This document shows, one piece after another, positions 6,459 through 16,280 of a stretch of 34,026 bases of DNA (positions are counted from its first letter, which is position 1; each line of letters starts with the position of its first letter). The translations under genes were made by a program, and so were the position numbers. Source of the DNA: a virus (taxonomy: Duplodnaviria; Caudoviricetes); IMG/VR virus record IMGVR_UViG_3300049182_000057, positions 1 through 34,026 of that record. One strand, 5' to 3'. The notes beneath the pieces were generated by a model. It was not told the DNA's origin. It was given only the letters and a program-made list of their open reading frames with translations, and searched no databases.

Positions 6459-9053
6459 GTGCAAAAGCAGGACTACACCAGCAGCAGCGACTTTTTGAAG
6501 CGCGTCTTCGGCGACACGCTTCACAACGTCGAACTGCGCGCCTGCTATAACGAGAAGGGGATAGGTGGGATCGCGCCGGCCTTCACTCGCGATGGGCAGG
6601 AAATCGAAGATTTCTGCGAGCGCCATGATGGATCTGCGGAGGCCAAGGGCGGCGTTGGCGTCTATTTCGGCTGCTGCACCCGTCAACAGGGCGTCACCAG
6701 TGGTAACCTCCAAACCGTCGCCGAATGTCCCATCCTCTGGGTAGACATTGATTGCGCGAAGCAGGGCCTTGGCGGCGAGGAGACCATCAACACCCTTCGC
6801 AATCTTCCTTGCCCGCCGAGTATCATCGTCAATTCTGGCGGCGGGCTCCATGGCTATTGGGTACTGGAAGAGCCACTGGAGCTCGCGGAAGAGGAATCCC
6901 GCACCGCCATATACGGCGCGCTTCGCAAGCTGGCGCTTATCTTGGCCGGTGACACGTCGTGCGCTGACCTCGCGCGCATCATGCGCCTGCCCGGCACGCA
7001 CAACACCAAAGCCGCGACCAAGGCGCTGAACGACGGCACGCCAGCACTCTGCGAGATCCTTTTCGACACCGGCCAGGTCTATGACTTTGACGATATCGTC
7101 GAATGGCTGGCTGAGCAGCGCGTCATGCTGCACGGCAAGGCTCCAGCGGCTCAGCAGAGGCCGGTCAACGACAATGATCCATTCGTTGCCTACGCTCGCG
7201 AGGCCGGATTCAACCCGGCCATCGATATAGATGCCGAATTGGCCGCGATGGTCCATGGCGCTGGCGGTCGTAATTCGATCCATGCGACCCAGCTTCGCGT
7301 TTCAGCATCCATGATCGCCCGCGGCTACGATGATGATGAAATCGTAGACCGCATCATCGCCGCGACGGAGGCGGCCGCGCCCGGTACTGAAAGGTGGAAC
7401 TGGGCTCGGGAGGAAAAAGCCATCCGGGACATGATCCGGACAGGCCGCAACAAGGGCTACAAGAAGGAGAAACCTTCGCCGGCCCCTATGCCACAGGCGC
7501 ACGGGAATACGGCATTGAAGCTTGTTCATGATGCGGATGCCGATGAGCAGCCGAAATCCGCGAAGGCGGTAAAGGAGAGCAAGTCAGCGACCGTGGCGGT
7601 AGGCAAGGCTGCAATCGGCGTGTGGCGCGATCGGCATGGGCCGGTGATGCATACAGGCGGGCAAACCTACGCCTATGAGGCGGGGGTCTGGTCGCTTTGG
7701 GATGACAGGCACGCACAACGCCTTCGCACGATTATCCAGGAGGCTTGCGCCGCAATCGGGGTGGAGCCAAAAACATCTCTTCTGGGAGCGGCCAAGGCAT
7801 ATTTCATGGACCGGCCCGAACTGGCCCGCTTCGACATCGAATTTGATAACCATGGCCTCTTGGTCGCGAAGGACGCCTGCCTTGATCTAAGGACGTTCGA
7901 GGTGGTCGATCATTCACCAGAGCATTTTGCCACGCGCAAGGTCGCGGCGACGCTCTCGGGAAGTCGTAACCGGGAAACGCTTGAGGAATTCCTCAAAGGC
8001 ACGTTCGCCGATCGCCCCGAAGCAACCGACATTATTTCGACGCTTCAGGAGTGGTTCGGAGCTGCAATCATGCCGCTCAACATGAAGCATCGCGGCCAGA
8101 AGAAAGGCCTTTTCGCCCATGGCCCATCGAGATCAGGCAAGACCCAGATATCAGAGCTGGTCCGCTTCCTGCTCGGTCACACGATGGTGTGTGGCGCGCC
8201 GATGCGCGGTCTTGAGGATCGGTTCAGCACCGAGCCTCTGATCGGGAAATATGGCTGGATCGCAGACGACGCCGTTGGCGAAGGCGAATATCTCGACGCT
8301 GACATCTACAAGGTCGTCGTCACAGGTGAGCAGACAAGCACCAAGACCAAAGGCGGCAAGAACTGGGAAGGGCGCTTCGGGATCCCGGTGCTGCTCACCG
8401 CGAACAATCTTCCCCGCGTCAAGGATCAATCGGACGCCGTATATAACCGATCCCTTATATTGCCGATGACCAATGTTCGGCCGGAAAATGCTCCAGAGCC
8501 TGCCGGCTTCGAAAGCATCGCCGACAAGATCGGAAAAACCGAGCTTACAGGCCTTCTCTGGTGGGCGATCGAGGGGTGGCAGCGGCTTGCTGCGCGCGGA
8601 ACATTCGACCCGCCCCTGATCATGCTCGAGGCCAACAAGGCGCTCAAGGACGAGAATAACCCTGTCGACGCCTGGCGTCGCGAATGCATGGAACTCTGCC
8701 CTGACGGCAAGGTGCTACGCGCTGATCTGCTCGCAAGCATGAATGGATGGTCGTCTCAGGAATATGGCGTTGACGCCAAGCCATGGTCGGGCCGTGGGTT
8801 CTTCCCGCGCCTGGTAAAGATGATCCCGGGTTATTCAAAAGAGCATTCGGAAACAGCCGATGTCGACGGCAACCGGCTTTTGATCGGCGTGAAGCTCAAT
8901 AAGGCCGGCTTGCGGGCCTGGCGTGTCCATAAAGACAGTCGCTGGGGTGAGGGCGCGAAGACTTCGACCGACGAAACCTTCGTCAACAAGGACCATGCCC
9001 AGGCGCGCATGAGCGCCGCCGCCGCACCCTCAGACAGGAGACCACGATTTTGA
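6459..9053 (+). CDS. Primase (AEP/RepB-like) fused to D5-like SF3 helicase
   Basis: LWVDID, SGGGLHGYW and RIMRLPGTHN primase motifs; Walker A GPSRSGKT, IADD and TANNLP; GTG start with AGGAGG SD. Confidence 0.92.
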   Translation: MQKQDYTSSSDFLKRVFGDTLHNVELRACYNEKGIGGIAPAFTRDGQEIEDFCERHDGSAEAKGGVGVYFGCCTRQQGVTSGNLQTVAECPILWVDIDCAKQGLGGEETINTLRNLPCPPSIIVNSGGGLHGYWVLEEPLELAEEESRTAIYGALRKLALILAGDTSCADLARIMRLPGTHNTKAATKALNDGTPALCEILFDTGQVYDFDDIVEWLAEQRVMLHGKAPAAQQRPVNDNDPFVAYAREAGFNPAIDIDAELAAMVHGAGGRNSIHATQLRVSASMIARGYDDDEIVDRIIAATEAAAPGTERWNWAREEKAIRDMIRTGRNKGYKKEKPSPAPMPQAHGNTALKLVHDADADEQPKSAKAVKESKSATVAVGKAAIGVWRDRHGPVMHTGGQTYAYEAGVWSLWDDRHAQRLRTIIQEACAAIGVEPKTSLLGAAKAYFMDRPELARFDIEFDNHGLLVAKDACLDLRTFEVVDHSPEHFATRKVAATLSGSRNRETLEEFLKGTFADRPEATDIISTLQEWFGAAIMPLNMKHRGQKKGLFAHGPSRSGKTQISELVRFLLGHTMVCGAPMRGLEDRFSTEPLIGKYGWIADDAVGEGEYLDADIYKVVVTGEQTSTKTKGGKNWEGRFGIPVLLTANNLPRVKDQSDAVYNRSLILPMTNVRPENAPEPAGFESIADKIGKTELTGLLWWAIEGWQRLAARGTFDPPLIMLEANKALKDENNPVDAWRRECMELCPDGKVLRADLLASMNGWSSQEYGVDAKPWSGRGFFPRLVKMIPGYSKEHSETADVDGNRLLIGVKLNKAGLRAWRVHKDSRWGEGAKTSTDETFVNKDHAQARMSAAAAPSDRRPRF

Positions 9054-9057
9054 CCTA

Positions 9058-9330
9058 CAGCACATCATCGCCGGGAATGAGCAGCACATTGCGGTTACTG
9101 CACTTCAATGTGCAGTGCGATGCGCCGTCCGCACATTGGTTGTGCTGTGGTTTTGGATGTGCTGGCCAATGTGCTGTGGCACTTTACCCAACGATCGTAG
9201 CCACTTAGCCGCCGCCGACTGCTATACTGCACTTCTTTCTTAGAAAGTTTAAGAATATGAAAATAAGAGAAATAGAGAGAGAAAAAGATAATATAGCGGA
9301 GGTATCGCGCGCGCGAGGAGAAGTGCCGTC
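9058..9330. other. Putative replication origin: about 11 GCAC(A/T)T-type iterons in both orientations plus an AT/purine-rich tract (9234-9295)
   Basis: CAGCACAT, CTGCACTT and AATGTGCTG variants at 9058, 9082, 9098, 9107, 9129, 9140, 9156, 9168, 9178, 9227 and 9321, immediately after the helicase stop. Confidence 0.7.
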
Positions 9331-9467
9331 GCTGGCCATCGTCGGCCAACTGACGGGCAATCGTTATCCGATCACGAAGCGGTTTCCGCGTGGGAGCTTC
9401 ACCGATTTACGCGGTAGGCAGTGCTGCCTTCATTGCGGCTGCCTCAAGTGCAATGGATAGTCTTTGC

Positions 9468-9962
9468 ATGCCTAAGCCCACACTCGTTGCCGAATGCCTC
9501 GCCATGGTCGCTCCGGCTGAAACTGCCTTCCGCAGCAGGTGGCGGCTATCGACGCTGAAGCGGGTCAATCCCGATCTTCATCAGATGCTCTGTGAGCAGA
9601 TCGATCTTTATGACGATGCCCTGCTTCGTGGCAGCGACGCGGATCTGAAGGCCCAGGCCGAAGCTATGGTCCGAGGCTGGCGCGCGGCCTGTAGCGCTCT
9701 GGAGGCCCCCTTGCAGGCCGATGACGCCTATTTCGTGGGTCAGGACTGGGAAAGCGGCACGCGGGTCGTCATCAGCGATTGCAGGCAGTCCGTCGGGCGC
9801 GTGCAGGCGATCAAGGATCAGGCCGGCAACCCCGGTAAGGTTATCATGATCACGCCTGACGAGGTGGCTCGCATGGTCGCCGGGCTCAACATGATTGCGG
9901 CGGCCAAATCCGTCTTTCCGGATGCCGAGGTGATTTCGATCTACCCGGAATACGCAGCCTAA
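9468..9962 (+). CDS. Hypothetical phage protein (start uncertain, 9453 or 9468)
   Basis: Long ORF with phage-like codon usage. Confidence 0.7.
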   Translation: MPKPTLVAECLAMVAPAETAFRSRWRLSTLKRVNPDLHQMLCEQIDLYDDALLRGSDADLKAQAEAMVRGWRAACSALEAPLQADDAYFVGQDWESGTRVVISDCRQSVGRVQAIKDQAGNPGKVIMITPDEVARMVAGLNMIAAAKSVFPDAEVISIYPEYAA

Positions 9963-9974
9963 AGGGACCAAACC

Positions 9975-10145
9975 ATGCCGAACGAAATGATCGAGATACA
10001 GGCTCGCGCGCTTTTACGAGCGAAGCTCAGGCGATGTGTGGCTCGGTTTGGCAGAGTGTTCACTTCGCCGCCCCCGGTCAATCAGCGCCTGCATATGCGG
10101 AACCACCGCAAGGCTGTGATTTCCCGGATGAGGCGTAGCAAGTGA
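9975..10145 (+). CDS. 56-aa basic hypothetical protein
   Basis: AAGGGA SD; MPNEMIEIQARALLRAKLRRC...; not in the track. Confidence 0.4.
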   Translation: MPNEMIEIQARALLRAKLRRCVARFGRVFTSPPPVNQRLHMRNHRKAVISRMRRSK

Positions 10146-10197
10146 TCGCAGCAATCGACCAAGCTCTAGCGGAGGCGGATTATGAGCGAGAAACGCG

Positions 10198-10512
10198 ATG
10201 AGCTGTGAGCGTTGCGGTCATTGGTGGACGCCTGACAAACGCGACTGGCGGAACCCGCCTGAGAAAGGTTGGTGCACGCTCAATCCGGTGTGGTTGGAAA
10301 CACGGTCCAAGCATTTTTGCGGTCAGCAACCTGTAGCTTACAAAACTCAATCTGAAAAAGAGAGATCCGATAATCACTATCACTGGACACACCGGCGGAT
10401 GATCGAAGAACAGACGCGCGCGATTGCGGCCGAGAAGAAGCTGAAGGAGATTCGTAAGAAGTACCGGGAGTTGAAGGTTTTGGCGACAGCAAAAGCTCTA
10501 GCGGAGGACTGA
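10198..10512 (+). CDS. Hypothetical Cys-containing protein with coiled coil
   Basis: CERC...GWC...HFCG putative Zn site. Confidence 0.65.
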   Translation: MSCERCGHWWTPDKRDWRNPPEKGWCTLNPVWLETRSKHFCGQQPVAYKTQSEKERSDNHYHWTHRRMIEEQTRAIAAEKKLKEIRKKYRELKVLATAKALAED

Positions 10513-10515
10513 GGA

Positions 10516-11040
10516 ATGGCGAGGGGGCGTCTCAAGCGCAAAATACCAGCACGTCGGATCGAGGTAGTTGACGCCACGCCAGAGCGGCTTGCGAAGGGCG
10601 ACGACAGCGAGTTCGTCAACCCGGCCGAGATCGACAGCTCGGAGCAACCAATCGGGCTGACGCGGCGGTTTCGCAAATCCCACCTTGACCGACTATTCCG
10701 AAACGAGCGGCTGACCTGGACGCAATGGTATGCTGGAGACTGGTACCGCAACCAGCACGCGGCCTGTCACTTCGCGCTGTCGGTCGTGGCATCCTACGGC
10801 GAGCGCACGTCAGCCGGCGAGCCTGCCTATGGCTTGCCCCGCACCGAAGCCCAGCTCCGCGCCCGCAATCGCTTCAAGGCCGCCAGAGACGCATTCCCGC
10901 GCGACATGCTCGGTTTCATGGACCGGCTGCTCATCCACGACGAGCTTCCGCGCTACGGCGGCACGGCTGCTCATCGCAACATCACTCGCATCGGAGCCGC
11001 CCTCGATCGCCTTGCATTGTTCCTGCAAATAGGTTGTTGA
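10516..11040 (+). CDS. DUF6456-like late transcription regulator (Q-position antiterminator candidate)
   Basis: LDRLFRNERLTWTQWYAGDWYR...ALDRLA pattern; last early gene before the late promoter. Confidence 0.65.
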   Translation: MARGRLKRKIPARRIEVVDATPERLAKGDDSEFVNPAEIDSSEQPIGLTRRFRKSHLDRLFRNERLTWTQWYAGDWYRNQHAACHFALSVVASYGERTSAGEPAYGLPRTEAQLRARNRFKAARDAFPRDMLGFMDRLLIHDELPRYGGTAAHRNITRIGAALDRLALFLQIGC

Positions 11041-11087
11041 CGACAACGGAAAATTCGTGCATCCAAATAACCATCGTGAAGAATTGC

Positions 11088-11117
11088 GCCCGGAGCCTAA
11101 CCGCTGCCGGGCTTTTT
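11088..11117 (+). terminator. Intrinsic terminator just downstream of the putative late promoter (TTGACG 11037-11042)
   Basis: GCCCGG...CCGGGC followed by TTTTT. Confidence 0.7.
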
Positions 11118-11220
11118 CGTTTCGCGCCACCAGCGCGACCCCGCCACCATAGACCGGAAGATGCTCACTCCTCCCTGGCATCGTGGGGCATGAGTGGCGG
11201 GGATAGATCGGAGACCATGA

Positions 11221-11508
11221 ATGGCTCTTGAGATCAGCTATTGGACCGGACGCGCCAAGAGGGGCACACAAGCGCTCGGCTCTCTCATTTCATCCGAGAC
11301 GCGCTCAACCAGCGGCACGTCCGCACAGTCTGGCGCAACACCAAGCGGTGCAGGCATTGTCCGTGTGAAATGCACGACCGCCGCTGATCGCGTTGCCTAT
11401 GGCTCAAACCCAACTGCGAGCGCCACATTCGGCGAGTATCTTGCTGTCGGCGACAGCACTGACTTCGAGGCGACGCCCGGGTTCAAGGTCGCTGGGATCA
11501 CGGCGTAA
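11221..11508 (+). CDS. Small beta-rich virion-type protein (possible head spike base or decoration protein)
   Basis: G/S/T-rich, first late gene, GGAG SD. Confidence 0.55.
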   Translation: MALEISYWTGRAKRGTQALGSLISSETRSTSGTSAQSGATPSGAGIVRVKCTTAADRVAYGSNPTASATFGEYLAVGDSTDFEATPGFKVAGITA

Positions 11509-11513
11509 CAATC

Positions 11514-11909
11514 ATGGGTCGTCCGAGTTCATATGATCCCGCGTATTGTGAGCGGGTGGTCGAGCTCGGCCAGCAAGGCGCATCGGTTGTTGAGATGGCC
11601 TTCGAGATCGGCGTCAGCAGGAACACGCTCGAAACCAACTGGCCCGCCGAACACCCTGAGTTCTTGGAAGCCTTTACGCGCGCCAGGGAGGCGGCTCAGG
11701 TTTGGTGGGAGCGCAAGGGGCGCGATAACCTTGAAACGAGTGGATTCCAGTCCGCAATGTGGTCGCGCTCGATGGCGGCTCGCTTCCCTCTTGATTGGCG
11801 TGAGATCAAGGGCACGGAGCTGACCGGCAAGGATGGCGGCCCGGTTGCCGTAAAGGCTGAAGCGGCGGAGTGGACGATCGTTGACACTCCATCTTCAGGC
11901 GGGGCGTAG
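11514..11909 (+). CDS. terS: Terminase small subunit
   Basis: MGRPSSYDPAYCE, HTH, W...HPEF, ELTGKDGGP. Confidence 0.88.
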   Translation: MGRPSSYDPAYCERVVELGQQGASVVEMAFEIGVSRNTLETNWPAEHPEFLEAFTRAREAAQVWWERKGRDNLETSGFQSAMWSRSMAARFPLDWREIKGTELTGKDGGPVAVKAEAAEWTIVDTPSSGGA

Positions 11910-13140
11910 CTTCGCGCCACTGCTCCGACCTGCTCGCTACAAGGGCGCGCATGGCGGGCGTGGATCGGGTAAATCACACTTCTTTGCCGAGAAGTTGATA
12001 GCACGGGCTAATTCGCAGCTCGGCTTCCGCGCCGCCTGCCTTCGTGAAGTTCAGAAGTCGCTCAAGAACAGCGTCAAGCTGCTGGTTGAGGACAAGATAC
12101 GCTCCAAGGGGCTTTCGGAGCGCTTTGAGATACTGGAAGCGGAGATCAGGACGCCGGGTGGCGGTGTCATTATCTTCCAGGGGATGCAGAACCACACGGC
12201 TGACTCGATCAAGTCGCTTGAGGGGTTCGATGTGGCTTGGGTTGAGGAGGCCCAGTCGCTTAGCCAGCGCTCGTTAGACTTGCTGCGGCCGACAATCCGA
12301 AAGCCTGGCTCGGAACTGTGGTTTAGCTGGAACCCGAACAAGCCGACCGACCCCGTTGACGCATTGTTGAGAGGTGAGCACCCGCCGACCAATGCTGTTG
12401 TGGTCGAGGTGAACTGGGACGCAAATCCGTGGCTGCCGGCCGAACTCAAGGCGGACATGGAGGACGACCGCCGCCGCGATCCCGACAAGTTCCTGCACGT
12501 CTGGCAGGGACATTATTCGCTCAACAGCCATGCGCGGGTGTTTCGCAACTGGAGGATTGAGGAGTTCGACACGCCGAAGGACGCGGTCCTGCGGTTCGGG
12601 GCGGACTGGGGGTTCGCGATCGATCCCACGGTTCTGGTTCGGTGCTTTATCGAGGGGCGTAATCTCTACGTCGATCATGTGGCATGGGAGATCGGTTGCG
12701 AGATCGACCACACGCCGGCGCTGTTCGAGAAGATACCGGGCGCGCGGAAGTGGCTGATCAGGGCGGACAGCGCGCGGCCTGAGACGGTCAGCTACATGAA
12801 GCGGAAAGGGTTTCTGATCACCGAGGCGATCAAGGGGCCTGGGTCGATCGAGGACGGCATTGAGTTCCTGCGTTCATTCGACATCATCGTTCATCCGCGT
12901 TGCAAGCATGTGGCCGATGAACTGACGCTCTACAGCTACAAGACCGATCCACAGACGGGCGAAATCCTCCCGCTGCTGGAAGACAAGAACAACCACACGA
13001 TCGACGCGCTCCGGTACGCGTTGGAGGAGCTTCGGCGCTCTGGCTACAAGCCGAAGGACGAAGCCCCGAAGAAGCCCCGCGACCGCTGGGACAGGGTATT
13101 CAAGGGCGAAGAGGAGGGGTCGAGTTGGAAGACAGCCTGA
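11881..13140 (+). CDS. terL: Terminase large subunit (PBSX-family, headful type)
   Basis: GGRGSGKS, WVEEA, GADWG, ADSARPE, NHTIDALRYA. Confidence 0.96.
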   Translation: MTLHLQAGRSFAPLLRPARYKGAHGGRGSGKSHFFAEKLIARANSQLGFRAACLREVQKSLKNSVKLLVEDKIRSKGLSERFEILEAEIRTPGGGVIIFQGMQNHTADSIKSLEGFDVAWVEEAQSLSQRSLDLLRPTIRKPGSELWFSWNPNKPTDPVDALLRGEHPPTNAVVVEVNWDANPWLPAELKADMEDDRRRDPDKFLHVWQGHYSLNSHARVFRNWRIEEFDTPKDAVLRFGADWGFAIDPTVLVRCFIEGRNLYVDHVAWEIGCEIDHTPALFEKIPGARKWLIRADSARPETVSYMKRKGFLITEAIKGPGSIEDGIEFLRSFDIIVHPRCKHVADELTLYSYKTDPQTGEILPLLEDKNNHTIDALRYALEELRRSGYKPKDEAPKKPRDRWDRVFKGEEEGSSWKTA

Positions 13141-15113
13141 CCCATGACGTATCCTCTATGGTCCGCCGCTTCGAGGAAGCAGAGGAGGCGACCCGCTCCG
13201 CCCGCGAGAAGTCCGAGCGTGACCGTGATTATTATGACGGCAAGCAGTGGACGGACACCGAGGCGGAAGCGCTGAAGAAGCGTGGGCAGCCCGTCGTCAC
13301 GTTCAACCGTATCCAGCGCAAGGTCAATTACCTCAAGGGCATGGAGTCGCAGACCCGGAAGGATCCCAAGGCTTTCCCGCGCACGCCGGGTGACGAGGGA
13401 TCGTCGCAGGCTGCGACAGATGCGCTGCGTTATGTCTGTGACGATCAGAATTGGGACGCGAAACGGTCCGAGGGCTTCGAGGATATCATCGTCGAGGGCA
13501 CGGGCGTGTTCATGGTGGGCGCTCAGCAGACCCGCGATGGCGTCGACCCGGCGATCACCCGCATTCCGTGGGATCGGTTCTATTACGACCCATATTCGCG
13601 CCGCGTCGATTTCTCCGATGCGGGCTACATGGGCATCGTCACATGGATGGATGTCTCCGAGGCGAAACGCAAATACCCTGGCCGAGAGGAGGTGATCGAG
13701 TCCACCTGGATGCAGGCGCGCGACACAGAGACCTATGACGATCGGCCGAAGTGGAATCTTTGGGCTGATTACAGTCGCAAGCGCGTTCGGGTGAATGAGG
13801 AGTATTATCTGGAGGGCGGGCAGTGGGTGTATTGCACCTATACCAAGGCCGGCTTTCTGGTTGACCCGGCTGTTTCGCCCTATCTCGATGTCGATGGCGA
13901 GCCCGAGTGCCCGATCAAGGCGATCTCGGCTTATGTGGACCGCGACAACAACAGGTACGGCGAAGTCCGGGCGATGATCTCACCGCAGGACGAGGTGAAC
14001 AAGCGCCGCTCGAAGGGGTTGCACCTGATCAACTCGCGGCAGATTCGCATTTCCCGCACGGCGATGGCCGATATGTCGCCATCCGAGTTGAAGCGCGAGC
14101 TTGCCAAGCCTGACGGCATTATCTTCGGCGAGAAGGATGATGTTGAAATCCTGCAGACCGGCGACATGGCGGCTGCGAACTTCGAGATGCTGCAGGAGGC
14201 GAAGGCCGAGATCGACTTGCTCGGTCCGAACGCTGCTCTGGCTGGAAAGAATGAGAACGACTCTTCGGGCCGTGCGATCCTTGCGCAGCAGCAGGGCGGC
14301 ATGGTCGAGGTTGCGCTGCTCATGGACCGCCTGCGGCAGCTTTCGCTCGCGGTCTATCGGTCTGTCTGGGCGCGCATCAAGCAGTATTGGGACGGGCCGC
14401 GGTGGATTCGCGTGACCGATGACGAGCGCAACCTGCGCTTTGTCGGGCTCAACGTGCCGAAGACCATGCTGGACGTGGCGAAGGAGCGGCTGCAGGGCGA
14501 TCCCGAGGCTGAGATGAAGCTGGCGCTGCTTGCCCGCGATCCGATGGCCAATCAGCCGATCGAGGTACAGAACCCCGTCGCCGAGATGGACGTGGACATC
14601 ATCATCGACGAGGGCATGGACACGCCGACCGTTCAGGCCGAGCAGTTCGACACGCTCACCAAGATCATGCCGGCGATGACGCAGCTCCCGCCGCCGGTCC
14701 TGCGCCTGCTCATCACGGCGTCCTCGCTGCGCGACAAGGACAAGCTCCTGGAGATCGTCGATCAGATGGAGCAGCAGGCGCAAGCGTCTCAAGAGCAGCA
14801 GATGATGCAGCAGATCCAGATCGCCGGGGCCAAGGCCGAGGTCGAAAAGACGCAGAGCGAGACCGCCCGCAACTACGCGCAGGCGCAGGCGGCCAACCCG
14901 CAGGCCGAGATGGAGATGAGGCAGGCTGAAGCGCAGTCGAAGATCGCCATTGCCGAGCATAAAGCACAGACGGACATGCAGATCGGCGCGATGAAGGCGC
15001 AGCAGGGCATGCAGCACGCGGACGAGAAGCACCAGTTCGGTATGGCGATGCAGGCTCAACAGGCTGATCAGCGCGCTCAGATGGCGAAGCAGCAGGAAAG
15101 GGCGGCGGCGTGA
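13125..15113 (+). CDS. Portal protein (P22-like, with Q/A-rich helical barrel)
   Basis: YYDGKQW...RGQP...NRI, SGRAILAQQQGG; follows terL. Confidence 0.92.
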   Translation: MEDSLTHDVSSMVRRFEEAEEATRSAREKSERDRDYYDGKQWTDTEAEALKKRGQPVVTFNRIQRKVNYLKGMESQTRKDPKAFPRTPGDEGSSQAATDALRYVCDDQNWDAKRSEGFEDIIVEGTGVFMVGAQQTRDGVDPAITRIPWDRFYYDPYSRRVDFSDAGYMGIVTWMDVSEAKRKYPGREEVIESTWMQARDTETYDDRPKWNLWADYSRKRVRVNEEYYLEGGQWVYCTYTKAGFLVDPAVSPYLDVDGEPECPIKAISAYVDRDNNRYGEVRAMISPQDEVNKRRSKGLHLINSRQIRISRTAMADMSPSELKRELAKPDGIIFGEKDDVEILQTGDMAAANFEMLQEAKAEIDLLGPNAALAGKNENDSSGRAILAQQQGGMVEVALLMDRLRQLSLAVYRSVWARIKQYWDGPRWIRVTDDERNLRFVGLNVPKTMLDVAKERLQGDPEAEMKLALLARDPMANQPIEVQNPVAEMDVDIIIDEGMDTPTVQAEQFDTLTKIMPAMTQLPPPVLRLLITASSLRDKDKLLEIVDQMEQQAQASQEQQMMQQIQIAGAKAEVEKTQSETARNYAQAQAANPQAEMEMRQAEAQSKIAIAEHKAQTDMQIGAMKAQQGMQHADEKHQFGMAMQAQQADQRAQMAKQQERAAA

Positions 15114-15226
15114 TCGTTCGGAAGCTGGCCGATGGCCGTTATCATATCGTTGAACGGGTCAAGGACGCGGCGGGCGAGCGTATTGTCTCGCGCATTGCCA
15201 CCAAAAGGCCGGAGGCAGCCGCCTGA
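15110..15226 (+). CDS. 38-aa hypothetical protein (MIVRKLADGRYHIVERVKD...)
   Basis: GTGA coupling to the portal stop. Confidence 0.45.
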   Translation: MIVRKLADGRYHIVERVKDAAGERIVSRIATKRPEAAA

Positions 15227-15362
15227 CCAACATTGAGATTGCGCGTGCTGATCCTCGAAAGGGGAGGCCGCGTTGTGGGTAGCTGCCACGATCGGGCGGC
15301 GGAAATGCGGGAGACGCGCTCCCGTGCCGGACCAGTTTGCGTCGTTTGCACTGCGACGCATT

Positions 15363-15439
15363 GCCCGCCGCCGGGGCCAACCGGGCGCTTCAAGGGACGC
15401 CGCCTTCTCGGGCGAAACGGGACGACGCCGAAGCGGTCG
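15363..15439 (+). promoter_or_regulatory. Three tandem H-type pseudoknot motifs in the scaffold gene leader
   Basis: Stem 1, 7-nt loop GMCGMCG, and a downstream GKCG complementary to the loop; compensatory changes between copies. Confidence 0.65.
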
Positions 15440-15453
15440 GAACGAGGGCAATC

Positions 15454-16227
15454 ATGGAAAACGGGACAAGTCTTGACGAAATCTTCGGGGATGAATCCGG
15501 CCAGGTAGAAGCGCCGCCGCCTGAAACGATAGGGCAGCCGCGCGACGAGCATGGACGGTTCGCGCCGAGGGACACGGGCGACACAGAGACGGAGCAAGAG
15601 GCTCCGCCGCAGGAAGCGCCGCCGGCTTCCGAACAGGAACCATCCCACATTCCGGTAGCAGCCCTCAAGGACGAGCGGGCAAAACGGCAGCAGTACGAGG
15701 ATCAACTTCGTCAGGCTACCGGACGGCTGCAGCAATACGAAGCCTATTTCGCGCAACAGCAAGGCGGCGTGGAGCAGGAGCAGGAGCCTGACCCGGTTGA
15801 GTTCATCGCTCAGCAGGTCATGCAACGGCTCACGCCCCAGACCGAGGCGCAGATGCTCACCATGCGGGTCAATGTCGCAGAAGAGTTCGCGCGTCAGAAA
15901 TGGGCCGACTATGACGAGAAGGTCGAGCACTTCAAGGAAGCTGCGAAGACCAATCCGTTCCTTCTGCAGGAATTGAGGACAGCGGCGAACCCGGCAGAAT
16001 ATGCCTACAACGCCGCCAACAAGATTCTCGAGGCCAAGCAGTATGGAACGGTTTCGCCGTCGCGCGAGCAGCTTGAGGCTGAAATCCGCCAGAAGATCAT
16101 GGCTGAGATCGGCATGTCCCCGAAAGTCCAAGCTCCAACCACTTTAGCGAATGAGCGCTCCACCGGCTCAAGGTCTGGCCCTGCGTGGTCTGGCCCGACG
16201 CCGTTGAGCGACATTTTCGGACGTTAA
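15454..16227 (+). CDS. Capsid scaffolding protein
   Basis: Acidic N-terminus, PRDEHGRFA, IPVAALKDERAKRQ coiled coil; GAGGG SD; precedes the capsid gene. Confidence 0.85.
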   Translation: MENGTSLDEIFGDESGQVEAPPPETIGQPRDEHGRFAPRDTGDTETEQEAPPQEAPPASEQEPSHIPVAALKDERAKRQQYEDQLRQATGRLQQYEAYFAQQQGGVEQEQEPDPVEFIAQQVMQRLTPQTEAQMLTMRVNVAEEFARQKWADYDEKVEHFKEAAKTNPFLLQELRTAANPAEYAYNAANKILEAKQYGTVSPSREQLEAEIRQKIMAEIGMSPKVQAPTTLANERSTGSRSGPAWSGPTPLSDIFGR

Positions 16228-16280
16228 TCCCCGGACCCGCGTCGCGATGACGCCGGCCCTCCCTTAGAAGGATATTTTCC

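Noticed and set aside
9095-9460. ORFs across the iteron and AT-rich region
   Set aside because: Low-complexity translations of a probable origin.
15251-15275. Hammerhead ribozyme or tRNA-like element
   Set aside because: CTGAT...GAAA is present but the CUGANGA core is not, and there is no cloverleaf with a TTC loop.
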